Source: Mobula hypostoma
Taxonomy: Eukaryota
Length of the DNA stretch: 64,000 nt
Assembly (NCBI RefSeq): GCF_963921235.1
Contig: NC_086097.1
Coordinates: 21,578,001 to 21,642,000, forward strand
Direction: 5' to 3'
Part shown: positions 11,866 through 24,815 of the stretch, one piece after another
How positions within the stretch are numbered: the first letter of the stretch is position 1
Layout of the letters: each line of letters begins with the position of its first letter
Notes under the pieces: model-generated
What the model was told of the DNA's origin: nothing
The model's database searches: none
The model's input: the letters and a program-made list of their open reading frames with translations, nothing else
Made by a program: the position numbers and the translations under genes

Positions 11866-12111
11866 CGCAGCAGGCCAGGCAGCATCTATAGGAAGAGGCG
11901 CAGTCGACGTTTCAGGCCGAGACCCTTCGTCAGGACTAACTGAAGGAAGAGTGCTCACACACTCACTCTTCCTTCAGTTAGTCCTGACGAAGGGTCTCGG
12001 CCTGAAACGTCGACTGCGCCTCTTCCTATAGATGCTGCCTGGCCTGCTGCGTTCACCAGCAACTTTGATGTATGTTGCTTGAATTTCCAGCATCTGCAGA
12101 ATTCCTGTTGT
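11866..12111. mobile_element. Young fold-back PLE insertion with perfect 90-bp inverted repeat and 14-bp TSD
   Basis: TSD tcaagattgtttaa at 11852-11865 and 12112-12125. Arms 11864-11953 and 11964-12053 are exact reverse complements with a 10-nt spacer. Confidence 0.9.
11979..12016 (+). ncRNA. Minimal hammerhead ribozyme motif (mirror copy on - strand at 11901-11938)
   Basis: tagtc CTGACGA a gggt ctcg gcct GAAA cg TC gactg. Intact core boxes, 5-bp stem I, stem II with CUCG loop, loop-less palindromic ACGT stem III. Predicted cleavage after C12011. Confidence 0.75.
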
Positions 12112-12264
12112 TCAAGATTGTTTAATGTCATTTCCAGTACACAAGTATAAAGGAGAACAAAATAATTGGTACCCCAGATCTGATGCAGCACAAATACACA
12201 ATAAAGATAAAGAACACAAAAATTAAAAAAAAACACAATAAATATAAATACATAAAATAGCTTA

Positions 12265-12331
12265 CAGTACTGTGCAAAAGTCTTAGGCACATATATATAG
12301 CTGGGGTGCCAAAGACTTTTGCACAGTGCTG
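12265..12331. mobile_element. 67-bp Tc1/mariner-type micro-MITE
   Basis: 26-bp TIRs cagtactgtgcaaaagtcttaggcac / gtgccaaagacttttgcacagtgctg (2 mismatches), TA on both sides. Second copy at 35383-35443. Confidence 0.8.
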
Positions 12332-12427
12332 TAGTAATTTTATGTATTGCACTGTACTGAAGCCACAAAAAAAACTGTGGTAAGAAGGTATGTGAAACCA
12401 CGGGGGGGGGGGGGGGGAGAGGACCTA

Positions 12428-13848
12428 CAAGGGAGTAGAGATAACCCAGGAAATTATAGACCAGTGAGTCATACTTCAGTGGTGGGCAAGTTGTTGGAGA
12501 AGATCCTGAGAGGCAGGATTTATGAGCATTTGGAGAGATGTAATCTGATTAGGGATAGTCAGCATGGCTTTGTCAAGGGCAGGTCATGACAAACCTGACT
12601 GAATTCTTTGAGGATGTAATAAAACACATTGATGAAGATAGCGCAGTGGATGTACTGTATGTAGATTTCAGTGAGACATTTGATAAGGTTCCCCATGCCA
12701 GGCTCATTCAGAAAGTGATGAGGCATGGGATCCAAGCAGACCTTGCTTTGTGGATCCAGAAATGGTTTGACCACAGAAGGCAAAGGGTGGTTGTAAATGG
12801 TTCGTATTCTGTCTGGAGGACAGTGACCAGTTATGTTCAGCAGGGATCTGTTCTGGGACCCTGTGCTCTTTATGATTGTTATAAATGACCTGGATGAGGA
12901 AGTGGAGGGATGGGTTAGTAAATTTGCTGATGACACCAAAGTTGGAGGGTGTTGTGGATAGTCTGGAGGGTTGTCAGAGGTTACAATGGGACATTGATAG
13001 GATGCAGAACTGGGCTGAGAAGTGGCAGGTGGAGTTCAGTCCAGATAAATGTGAAGTGGTTCATTTCAGTAGGTCAAATTTGAAGACAGAATACAATATT
13101 AATGGTAGGAGTCTTGGCAGTTTGAAGGATCAGTGAGATCTTGGGGTCCATGTCCATAGGACACTCAAAGCTGCTGCGCAGGTTGACAGTGTTGTTAAGA
13201 AGGCGTATGGTGTATTGGCCTTCATCATCGGTGAGATTGAGTTCAAGAACCATGAGGTAATGCTGCAACTATATAGGACCTTGGTCAGACCCCACTTGGA
13301 GAACTGTGTTCAGTTCTGGTCACCTCATTCCAGGAAGGATACAATAGAAAGAGTGCAGAGGAGATTTACAAGAATGTTGCTTGGATTGAGGAGCATGCCT
13401 TACAAGAATAGGCTGAGTGAACTTAGCCTTTTCTCCTTGGAGTGATGAAGGATGAGAGGTGACCTGATAGAGGTGTATAAGAGGATGACAGACATTGATC
13501 ATGTGGATAGTCAGAGGCTTTTTCCCAGGGCTGAAATGGCTAACATGAGAGGGCACAGTTTAGAGGTGCTTGGAAGTAGGTACAGAGGAGATGTCAGAGG
13601 TAAGTTTTTCACACAGAGAGTGGTGGGTGTGTGGAATGCACTGCCAGTGATGGTGGTAGAGGTGGATACAATAGGGTCTTTTAAGAGACTCTTAGATAGG
13701 TACATGGAGCTTAGAAAAATAGAGGACTATGTGATAGGGGAATTCTAGTTAGCTTCTAGAGTAGGTTACATAGTCAGCACAACATTGTGGGCTGAATGGC
13801 CTGTAATGTGCTGTAGATATTCTATGCTCTATGTTATATGTTCTATGT
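12428..13848 (+). mobile_element. CR1 LINE, 5'-truncated, decayed RT and 3' tail
   Basis: NYRPVSHTSVVGKLLE, QHGFVKGRS, QGSVLGP, tttgctgatgac (FADD), TRGH-like motif, tatgttc-type tail. Frameshifted. Confidence 0.92.
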
Positions 13849-13849
13849 C

Positions 13850-16180
13850 CTCATTGACATGGTCAAACCGTCGTTCAGGGACCTCAAAAGGTGCCAGTGG
13901 TGCCTGGACATGGGCGGTAAATCTTTCCCCACTGGCACTCCACACAGGCTGCAGTCCAATCACGCACGTCCTTTCTGAGGCCATACCAAACAAACTTCAG
14001 CGCAACCAGTTTCTGTGCGGCTTTTCAGCCCGTATGGAGTCGAAAACAGTTCATCTGCAGTTTGCGGGCACATTGAGGTGAGGGTGACCAGTTGAGACAT
14101 TGCACAGGAGCAAGACACCAATTCCTGGAATTTAATGTCAACCAAACACAGGCCCATGACTGTTGTCCAGTAAGCCTGGACCTCTGGGTCATTAACTTAG
14201 TTGGTCGCCATGCCAGCATAGTCAACCCCTATGTGTAGGGCCTCAATGACTGGCCGTGAGAGGCAGTCAGCCACAGAATTATTTCTCCCCTTGATATGTT
14301 GTATATCCGTTGTGAACTCAGATATCTAGACCAGTTGGTGTTGCTGCTGTGCAGACCAAGGGTCTGATATTTTGGCAATCGTGTGCACGAAGGGTTTGTG
14401 GTCAAGGAACGCTGTGAGATGGTGACCCTCTAGAAGAAAATGAAAATGGCAGACAGCCAGATAGAGACCAAGAAGCTCACGGTCAAACCTGCTGTACTTC
14501 CTTTTGGGGGAACGACACCCACAGCATCATCTGCAGCGTCAGTAGTAGTGACTATCGATGCGTTGGGGAGTAGGTGTTCCAGTAGTGTTGCATTAGAGAG
14601 AGCTCGTTTGGTATCATCAAATGCCCTGGTCATGACTGCTGACCAGTCAAGTCCTTGATTAGGGGTGTTTCCTATACAGAGGGAGCATGCGGTCAGCAGT
14701 TCACGGAATGAAGCGGTGGTAGAAACTCATCATGCCAAAAAACTCCTGTAGTTTTTTTAGTAGTGAAATCCATAATAGCTGCTACCTTTGATGGGAGGGG
14801 TTTCGCACCTTCAGTGGAGGTACAATGGCCGAGAAAATCAGTGGTTGACAACCCAAACTGCCATTTAGCAGGGTTAATAATTGGATACATGTTCAGATTT
14901 GGATGCATTGGGGACAAATATGTCATCTGGGTAAACAAAGAGGAAGTCTTAAATGTTTTAATACAGAGTCCATCAGCTGCTGGAAAGTCTGTTTTACATT
15001 TTTCAGTCCAAGCGGTGCGCGCAGAACCGCTAATAAAAGGCCAAATGGTGTTATCACAGCTGTTTTAGGAATGGCCTTCAAGCACACAGGCACCTGACCA
15101 TAGCCCCTAACTAGATTGACTTTGGAAAAAATTAACTTTCTGGATAAATGTGCCAAAAAGTCTGGGATGTGTGGGACCTGATAACAATCGGGAGTGGTGG
15201 CTGACACCATTGAACTTAGGGACCCTATGGAGGGGTGAAGCCTAGGGACCATTTGGCCAGCGTACAATGCTGAGTCTTTCCACCTTGGCAAACTCAGCCT
15301 CCGCTGTTGTCAGCTTTTCTGGGTCCATTCTAAGCACGTGGGCATGGCCTGGCGGGCTGTTGGAGGAATGTGGTGTTCAACTCCATGTTTTGTGACTGTA
15401 GTGGAGAATGTAGGCTTGGTGGGGTTTGGGATTTCACCCAGCAGTTGAGTAAACTCACATGTGTTGGTGCATACGCTTGATAGATTCACTGTGGGGAACT
15501 TACTGGGGGAGCAGAGTAACGACCCAAAGTTCTCGACATCCACAAGCTGACAGTTCTTAAGATCAACTAAAATTCCTTAGTTACACAAGAAATCTGCACC
15601 GAGCAGAGGTCTAGCCACTTTAGCCAGAACGAAGTCCTATGTGTAATGTCATTCACTGAAGCAGAGTGTCACCCCTCGTGTTCCGTAAGTCTGGATCCTG
15701 CTGCTGTTGAAGGCCTCCAGTGAGGCTTTGTCACTCTTTGCCTTCTCATCAATAGGCAATGCTGACAGTACACTCACTCAAGCACCCATGTCACACAGGA
15801 AGCGTCGTCCTGAAAGGACATCAGTAATGAACAGTAAATAACCCTGGCAGCTGAAACCCACGGTGTTCACAGATCTCTGATGTCCCGATGCGCTGGCACT
15901 GTTGAAGCTGTAAGGCAGTTGGCACTTCCTAGCGATTGTGGTAAAAGCACAGGCCCAGCTACGTCTTTTTCGCAGCCGAAGGCATCCTTATGTTGGGAAC
16001 CTTGCTGATTGGGCTTATTGAGATAGTGAAGGAAGAGGAATGATACAGCACTGCCTGTCTGAGTGGAGACTATCAGCCATTTGAACAAAGTCTGTATAGA
16101 CCATCATGGGGGGCATTAGCGAGGGTTACACGATCTGGATCAGGATCAAGCATTTGCTGTAGGAAGAGTTCTTTAAAAAT
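13850..16180 (-). mobile_element. Decayed Gypsy (Ty3) LTR retrotransposon internal region (gag end, protease, RT, RNase H, integrase start)
   Basis: Minus ORFs: LVRGYGQVPV..IPKTAVITPFGL..GLKN..QTFQQLMD (RT), NPAKWQFG..DFLGH, TTDAADDAVG (RNase H). Many stops and frameshifts. Confidence 0.85.
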
Positions 16181-16185
16181 AAATC

Positions 16186-18292
16186 GAGTTAAAATTGGCA
16201 TGTCGCAAAGGTAATGCTACAGTTGTTATGGGGGTTTTCAACTTGAAGGTAGACTGGAGGAATCAGGTTGGTACTGGACCCCAAGAAAGGGAGTTTGTGG
16301 AGTCTCTCCGAGATGGATTCTTAGAACAGCTTGTACTGGAGCCTACCAGAGAGAACGCAATTCTAGATTTAGTGTTGTGCAATGAACCGGATTTGATCAG
16401 GGACCACGAGGTAAAGGAGCCATTAGGAGGTAGTGACCATAATATGGTAAGTTTTAATCTACAATTTGAGAGGGAGAAGGGAAACTCAGAAGTGTCAATA
16501 TTACAGTTGAACAAAGGGAACTATGGTGCTATGAGGGAGGAGCTGGCCAAAGTTCAATGGAACAATACCCTAGCAGGGATGACAGTGGAACAGCAATGGC
16601 AAGTGTTTTTGGGAATAATGCGGAAGGTGCAGGATCAGTTCATTCCAAAGAGGAAGAAAGATCCTAAGGGGAGTAAGGGGAGGCCGTGGCTGACAAGGGA
16701 AGTAAAAGAGAAGAAGTATAACATAGCAAAGACGAGTGGGAAGCCGGAGGATTGGGAAACTTTTAAAGAACAACAGAAGGTAACTAAAAAGGCAATGTTC
16801 TATAGATTCAGAATCAGTTCCTGTGGATTGGAGGGTGGCTAATGTTGTCCCTGTCTTCAAGAAGGGAGGAAAGAGAGAAAACAAGGAATGATAGACCGGT
16901 TAGCCTGACGTCGGTGGTGGGAAAGATGCTGGAGTCAATTATAAAAGATGAAATTACGACACATCTGGATAGCAGTAAGAGGATTGGTCCGAGTCAGCAT
17001 GGATTTACGAAGGGGAAATCGTGCTTGACTAATCTTCTGGAATTTTTTGAGGATGTAACTATGAAAATGGACAAGGGAGAGCCAGTGGATGTAGCGTACC
17101 TGGACTTTCAGAAAGCCTTTGATAAAGTCCCACATAGGAGATTAGTGGGCAAAATTAGGGCACATAGTATTGGAGGCAGAGTACTGACATGGATTGAAAA
17201 TCGGCTGGCTGACAGAAAACAAAGAGTAGCGATTAACGGGTCCCCTTCAGAATGGCAGGCGGTGACCAGTGGGGTACCGCAGGGTTCAGTGCTGGGACCG
17301 CAGCTGTTTACAATATATATTAATGATTTAGATGAGGAAATTAAAAGTAACATTAGCAAATTTGCTGATGACACAAAGCCGGGTGGCAGTGTGAAATGTG
17401 AGGAGGATGTTATGAGAATGCAGGGTGACTTGGACAGGCTGGGTGAGTGGGCAGATGCATGGCAGATGCAGTTTAATGTGGATAAATGTGAGGTTATCCA
17501 CTTTGGTGGTAAGAACGGGAAGGCAGATTATTATCTAAATGGAGTCAAGTTAGGAAAAGGGGAAGCACAATGAGATCTAGGTGTTCTTGTACATCAGTCA
17601 CTGAAAGCAAGCATGCAAGTACAGCGGGCAGTGAAGAAGACTAATAGCATGTTGGCCTTCATGACAAGGGGAATTGAGTATAAGAGCAAAGAGGTCCTTC
17701 TGTAGCTGTACAGGGCCCTGGTGAGACCACACCTGGAGTACTGTGTGCAGTTTTGGCCTCCAAATATGAGGAAGGACATTCTTGCTATTGAGGGAGTGCA
17801 GCATAGGTTCACAAGGTTAATTCCCGGTTTGATGGGACTGTCATATGTTGAAAGATTGGAGCGACTGGGCTTGTATACTCTGGTATTTACAAGGCTAAGA
17901 GGAGATCTTATTGAAACATGTAAGATTATTAAGGGATTGGACACGCTGGAGGCAGGAACCATGTTCCCGCTGATGGGTGAGTCCAGAACCAGAAGCCACA
18001 GTTTAAGAATAAGGAGTAGGCCATTTAGAACGGAGTTGAGGAAAACCTTTTTCACCCAGAGAGTGGCGGATATATGGAATGCTCTGCCCCAGAAGGCTGT
18101 GGAGGCCAAGTCTCTGGATGCTTTCAAGAAAGAGATGGATAGAGCTCTTAAAGATAGTGGAATCAAAGGTTATGGGGATAAGGCAGGAACTGGATACTGA
18201 TTGTGGATGATCAGCCATGATCACAGTGAATGGCGGTGCTGGCTCGAAGGGCCGAATGGCCTACTCCTGCACCTATTGTCTATTGTCTATTG
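16186..18292 (+). mobile_element. CR1 LINE (EN end, internal deletion, RT, tail) inserted into the Gypsy gag
   Basis: ORFs 16195-16842 (PTRENAILDLVL, LGGSDHNMV), 16842-17573 (QGSVLGP, KFADDTK) and 17721-18200. Tail gggccgaatggcct..(tattgtc)n. Confidence 0.93.
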
Positions 18293-18600
18293 TAAAACAA
18301 GGATGGTAATTTTCCAGGAGAGGCAGCATGCGGTCCATTAGAATTTGGTATTGTCGGTGCTGATTTCTCACGGAGTGAACTGGGCCTCGGCTTGTATGAA
18401 CCAAGCAACGGCATTTTGCTTCCAGAACTCCAGTAGTTTGAAAGCGACTGTGTTGACAGACATGTTCAGGAACTCCGGATCGGCCTAGGGCATTGGGGTC
18501 ACCAATGTAGGATTTTGCAAATGAAATGAAGTGAGGCATTTTATGTTTAATGAAACCCATTTTGTTGAACTCCAAAATCTACACACAAAAGCGCGCTAAG
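18293..18600 (-). mobile_element. 5' part of the Gypsy element: LTR end, PBS and gag start
   Basis: Minus strand ...ctaca t tggtgacccc (PBS-like, 18504-18495). ATG at 18463 gives MSVNTVAFKLLEFWKQNAVAWFIQAEAQF, a gag N-terminus type. Confidence 0.75.
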
Positions 18601-18619
18601 ACACAAATTTTTTTGTGTT

Positions 18620-20130
18620 TGCCTCCCTCATAGCACTCCATTTTTTCTTTCATCCATATGTCTGTCTAAGTGTCTCTTAAATGTTATTAACAGCTGCCTC
18701 AACCACCATCCTCAGCAGTGCATTCTGTTCATTTACCACTCTCTTTGTAAAAAAAAACTATCCCTGACATCCCTCCTATACCTTCCTCCAATCTCTCTTG
18801 TATTGGCCATTGCTATGCTGAGAAAAAGTCTCTGGTGGTCCACTCTCACTCTATATCTGCCATTTGTCATCTTATACACATCTATCAAGTAATCTCTTAT
18901 CCTCCTTCACTCCAAAGACTAAAGCCCTAGTTTGCTCCACCTTTCCTTATAAGACATGCTCTCTAATCCAGGCAGCATCCTGGTAAATCTTCTCTGTAGC
19001 CTCTCTAAAGCTTCCACATTCTTCCTATAATGAGGTGACCAGAAATGAACACAATACTCTAAGAGTGGTCTAATCAGTATTTTATAGAGCTGCAACATTA
19101 GCTTGTGGCTCTTGATCCAAATTCCCTGACTAATGAAGCCCAGTACACCATATGCCTTCTTAACCACCCTAACAACTTGTGTGGCAACTTTAAGAGGTAT
19201 ATGGATGTGAACCTTAAGATCTCTTTGTTCCTCCACATTTCTAAGAATCCTGCCATTAACCCTGTACTCTGCCTTAAAGTTTGACCTTCCAAAGTGTATC
19301 ACTTTGTGCTTTCTCATATTGAACTCCATCTGCCACTTCTCAGCCCATCTCTGTATCCTATCAATGGCAAGTTGTTACCTTTGACAACCTTCTCCATTAT
19401 CCACAACACCACCACTTTCCACTATCCAGTATCTGAAGAAATTTGCTTTCGGACAACCCTGGTTTTGTTGGCTACAGTTATACATAAGAGTGGTTTCAGA
19501 AGCGTTGGGGATTTGGGTTTTGCAACTATCATTATTGATAGATTGGTGATCCCAGTGTCTAGTGGCAGGGATGGGTGGTTGAAGGTAGGAGGTTGTGTAA
19601 TGGTGGTTTGCTATTGTCACATGTACTGAGATAGAATGAAAATCTTTTGCTTGCATGCCATCCAGACAGATCATTCCATACATCGAGATAGTAGAAAAGA
19701 CCGTAAGACATAGAGGAAGAATTAGACCATTTGGAAACATCCAGTCTGTTCTGCCATTCTATCATGGCTGATGTATTCTCCCTATCAACCCTGTTCTCCT
19801 GCCTTTTCCCCGTAACCTTTGATGCCCATACTAATCAAGAATCTATCACCCTCCACTTTAAATCCATTAACTTGGTCTCCACGACTGTCTGTGGCAATGA
19901 ATTCCATAGATTCACCATCCTCTGACTAAGGAAATTCCTCCTCATCTCTGTTCTAAAGGGACATCCTTGTATTTTGAGGCTGTGCCCTCTGATCCGAGAT
20001 GCCACCACTATAGGAAATATCCTCTCCATGTCCACTCTATCAAGGCCTTTCAATATTCGATATCTTTCAATGAGATTCCCCACCCATTCTTCTAAACTCC
20101 AGTGGGTAGAGGCTCAGAGTCATCAAACGC
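18620..20130 (-). mobile_element. Two CR1 3' fragments (~18620-19420, ~19700-20130)
   Basis: ORFs 18919-19329 (LEYCVHFWSPHYRK) and 19835-20083 (RGHSLKIQG..NFLSQR). Confidence 0.85.
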
Positions 20131-20161
20131 ACAAGCTACTTCAAGTTTCTAAATTAAATTA

Positions 20162-20709
20162 TATTCACTGTCCACTTTATTGTACTCATGTACTTTATTA
20201 TATACATGAGTATATGTTTGTGAGCTTCTGCTTCTGTAGCCCATCCGCTCAAGGTTCGAAGAGTTTTGTGTTCAGAGATCCTCTTCGGCACACCACTGTT
20301 ATAACGCGTGGTTATTTGAGTTACTGTCACCTTCCTGTCAGCTTGAAACAGTCTGGCCTTTCTCCTTGACCTCTCTCATTAACAAGGTGTTTTTGGCCAA
20401 AGAACTGCTGCTCAGTGGGTTTTTTCTTGTTTTATGCTCCATTCTCTGTAAACTCTAGAGAATGTTGTGCATGAAAATCCTAGGAGATCAGCAGTTTATG
20501 AGATACGCAAACCACCCCATCTGGCACTAACAGTCTTTCCACGATCACATCTCTTCTCCATTCTGATGTTTGGTCAATCTGAGCAGTTGAACTTCTTCAC
20601 TATGTCTGTGTGGTTTTATGTATTGATTTGCTGCCTCATGATTGGCTGATGAGATATTTGCATTAAAGAGCGGTGTACAGGAGGTACCTAATAAAGTGGC
20701 TACTGGGTG
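20162..20709. mobile_element. Tc1-like non-autonomous DNA transposon
   Basis: Degenerate TIRs (ccactttatt..gtac / gtacctaataaagtggctactgggtg) with TA flanks. Confidence 0.65.
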
Positions 20710-21679
20710 TATAATCCCACCTTTTATCCATGTTGTATTTGCTTACCTGAAACTATTTCAAATTCCTAAGTTAGATAGAATTCAGCAACCCCATTTTAAA
20801 TCAAACAGTTAACGATGGATAGTGCTCTTCCTTTTGTTGCTTCGGGTGATTTAATGCTAATGGACCTGGTTTGTTTTTTGACACATGAAATATGATTCTC
20901 GGTTATTGCGGCATGGCTCCCACTTTCCTGAGCTTATCTTTTTCATGTGCTGCGCTTCTGACAGAGAAAGCTCTGTATCACAAGCTGTGCGAGTATGTTC
21001 AGTACCCTCAGGGCTTAGCAGAACGCAGTTACAAGAACTTTGGAAAATTCATTTTCCCCACTAAAATGAGAAAAAAAAAGGATATTCACAACTGAGCAAT
21101 GACCCACTCCCGCCTGTGAGGGATGAATTGCAAACGTCACATTCATATTCATTGCCCAGAATTGATAAGAGTTGAGGAGAACATTTTTTTCTGGGAATGA
21201 CTTTCAGTTTTCATTTCCTTTTTTATATTGCAATATCATGAATATAATATTTAACTGGAAGTCTTTATTTTAATAAAATGACTTTATATTCTTCATACAA
21301 GGGCATATTTTACGGCCTTTTCTATAATCCTAATAATTCTAATTGGAGTCAAACCACCAGGCAACATGGATTCAATATTTTGTTAAGCTGAACTCAATAA
21401 TCCATGTCACATTCACCTGAAATTCCTCTGTCTGGTTACCTGGTTTTCACACAACTGGATCAGTATGTGTGTTGGAATTAGACAGGCGGAACTTCACTCA
21501 TATCCCTGGAGCATCAAGCCGGCACAACATATTCATATCTCCGTGCTTCCATCTGTTGCTGTGCCTCTCTTAAGATTTTTCCTGCTCAACAATTACTTGG
21601 CACTTGCGCTGGGCGCGCGAACATGCAGTTTTTTCTCCTTGTTTTTGAAAGGGGGGCAGGATGCAGGGTTAATGGTCCC

Positions 21680-22625
21680 TCAAAGCTGTCGTGCTAGTTG
21701 ATAGAGTGCTTAAGAAGAGTATGGTGTGTGGACCTTCATTAGTCGGGTGATTGAATTCAGGAGCTGCGAGGTAATTTTGCAGCTCTATAAAACTCTGGTC
21801 AGACCACACTTGGAGTATTGTGTTTATTTCTGGTCACCTCATTATAGGAAAGATATAGAAGCTTTAGAGAGGGTGCAGAGGAGATTTATCAAGATGCTGC
21901 ATGGATGAGAGAGCATGTCTTATGAGGATAAATTAAGCGAGCTAGGCCTTTTCTCTTTAGAGCAAAGGAGGATGAGAGATGACTTGATAGAGGTAAACAG
22001 GATGATAAGAGGCATAGATCAATGGGATAGCTAGAGACATTTTCCCAGGGCAGAAATGGCATAGTTTTAATGATGTACTCTGCAGTAATTAAATATTGTA
22101 ACTTGACCACAAGGCATGATAGGATAGAGTCCTAGAAAAGTACAGCCCTGAAACAAGCCCTTCGGCCCATCTAGTCCATGTCAAACCATTCCAACTACCT
22201 ACTCCCATTGGCCTGCACTTGGAAAATAGACCTACATACCCCTACCATCCATGTACCCATCCAAACTTTGGTTGAAATTGAGCTCGCATCCACCACTTGT
22301 GCTGACAGCTCGTTCCTCACTCTCACCACCTTCTGAGTGAAGCTTGATTTTAAGGGATCGGAAGAAAGTGTGGGTGCGAGGGGAGGATGTCAGAGGTAGC
22401 TTTTTACACTGAGAGCGGTGGTGTGTGGAACGTGCTGCCAGGGGTGGTGGTAGAGGTAGATACATTAGTGACATTTAAGAGACTCTTAGATAGGCACATG
22501 GATGATAGAAAAATGGAGGGCTATGTGGGAAGAAAGAGTTAGATTGATCTTTTAGAATAGGTTAAAAGGTCGGGATAATATTGTAGGCCGAAGGGCTAGT
22601 GCTGTGTTCTAGTGTTCTATGTTCT
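21680..22625 (+). mobile_element. CR1 3' fragment carrying an inverted duplicated segment at 22060-22342
   Basis: ORF 21726-21908 (RPHLEYCVYFWSPHYRK). CR1 sequence resumes after 22342. Confidence 0.8.
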
Positions 22626-23099
22626 AGATTGTACTTATTACATCTTCCAAATTGTCCTGACTGCCCAGTTTTCCCTTTATCTCTAAGTAATGCAAAGATA
22701 AAATGGCAGGAACTACTGGTATCTACACAGTGAGTAGGAACAAGCGTAGTTAGATGTCCAAATCAGGATGAGTTGTAATTTGGAGAGAACCCTACCTCAG
22801 AGGTGGTCGCAAGTCTACAACCAGCCCTTGCACTATCATGGATTGGTTTCTATTATCACTTTGCTTTTTCTACGCTTAAGGCCTTGCTCTTGCGTCTCTT
22901 TTTCCACTGTATGATTTTATGTACAATTTATTTTTCATATTTGGTATGTTCTTTATTCCGATGCACCTGTATTGCTGCTACAAACAATCTTGTGAGGAGT
23001 CATTATTTCCTTAGCATCCCCCAGGTTTCCACATTTCATATCTTATAATTCAACCCAGCTTTCGGCTCTCTATTCTACTACCTCAGTTTTCAAGGCAAT

Positions 23100-23990
23100 A
23101 AACCATAAGACCATAAGATATAGGAGCAGAAGTATGCCATTCGGCCCATCGAGTCTGCTCCACCATTCAGTCATGGGCTGATCCAATTCTTCCAGTCATC
23201 CCCACTCCCCTGCTTTCACCCCATACCCTTTGATTCCCTGGCTAATTAAGAACCTATCTATCTCTGCCTTAAATACATCCAATGACTTGGCTTCCACAGC
23301 CACTCGTGGCAACAAATTCCACAGATTTACCACCCTCTGACTAAAGTAATTTCTCCACATCCCAGTTCTAAAAGGACATCCTTCAATCCTGAAGTCGTGC
23401 CCTCTTGTCCTGGAATCCCCTACCATGGGAAATAACTTTGCCATATCTAATCTGTTCAGGCCTTTTAACATTCAGAATGTTTCTATGAGATCCCCCCTCA
23501 TTCTCCTGAACTCCAGGGTATACAACCCGAGAGCTGCCAGACGTTCCTCATTCAGTAACCCTTTCATTCCTGGAATCATTCTCGTGAAAATTCTCTGAAC
23601 CCTCTCCAATGTCAGTATATCCTTCCTAAAATAAGGAGCCCAAAACTGCAATACTCCAAGTGTGGTCTCCCGAGTGCCTTATAGAGCCTCAACATCACAT
23701 CCCTCCTTTTATATTCTATACCTCTAGCAATGAATGCCAGCATTGCATTTGCCTTCTTCACCACCGATTCAACCTGGAGGTTAACCTGTAGGGTATCCTG
23801 CACAAGGACTCCCTTTGCATTTCTGCATTTTGAATTCTCTCCCCATCTAAATAATAGTCTGCCCATTTATTTCTTCCACCAAAGTGCATGACCATACACT
23901 TTCCAACATTGTATTTCATTTGCCACTTCTTTGCCCATTCCCCTAAACTATCTAAGTCTCTCTGCACGCTCTCTCTTTCCTCAACAATTA
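23100..23990 (-). mobile_element. CR1 3' fragment (same subfamily as 36705-41620 and 47255-47810)
   Basis: ORFs 23196-23471, 23612-23866 and 23758-23967. (accataag)n tail. Confidence 0.88.
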
Positions 23991-24099
23991 ATATTTCTGC
24001 AGAAGATGTTCTAATCCAAATGTTCCTGTGTTAACTGATGCATCACGAACTGCCAACACAACTGCTGATAATTTTGTACTCCCGAAACTCTTTCTTTTG

Positions 24100-24815
24100 T
24101 ACTGAGGAGTGTGGTAGAACAAAGGGACCTGGGAATACAGGTTCATAATTCATAGAAAGTGGCATCACAGGGAGGTAGAGTCGTTCAGAAAGCTTTAGGC
24201 ACATTGGTCTTTATAAATCAAAGTATTGAGTAAAGGAGATGGGATGTTATGTTGAAATTGTATAAGACATTTGTGAGGCCTAATTTGGAGTATTGTGTGC
24301 AGTTTTGGTTACCTAGCTACAGGAAAAAATGTAGGCAAGGTTGAAAGAGTACAGAGAGAATCTACAAGGATATTGCTGGGTTTGGAGGATCTCAGTTATA
24401 AGGAAAGATTGAATAGATTGGGACTTTATACCTTGGAATGTAGAAGATTGAGAGGAAATTTGATGGAGGAGTACAAAGTTATGTGGGGTATAGATAGGAT
24501 AAATGCAAACAGGCTTTTTCCTCTTAGGTTGAGTGGGACTACAACCAGAGGTCCTAGGTTAAGGGTGAAAGGTGAAAAGTTTAAGGGGAAACTTCTTCAC
24601 TCAGAAGGCGATGAGAGTGTGGAATGAGCTGCCAGCACAAGTGGTGGATGTGAGGTCGATTTCATCATTTAAGAGAAGTTTGGATAGGTACATGGATGGT
24701 AGGAGTATGTAGGTCTATCTTCCCAGTTCAGGTCGATGGGAATAGGCAATTGGAATGGTTTGATATGGACTAGATGGGCCAAAGGGCCTGTTTCAGTGCA
24801 GTACTTTTCTAGGAC
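24100..24815 (+). mobile_element. CR1 3' fragment
   Basis: ORF 24295-24627. Tail gggccaaagggcct. Confidence 0.85.
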
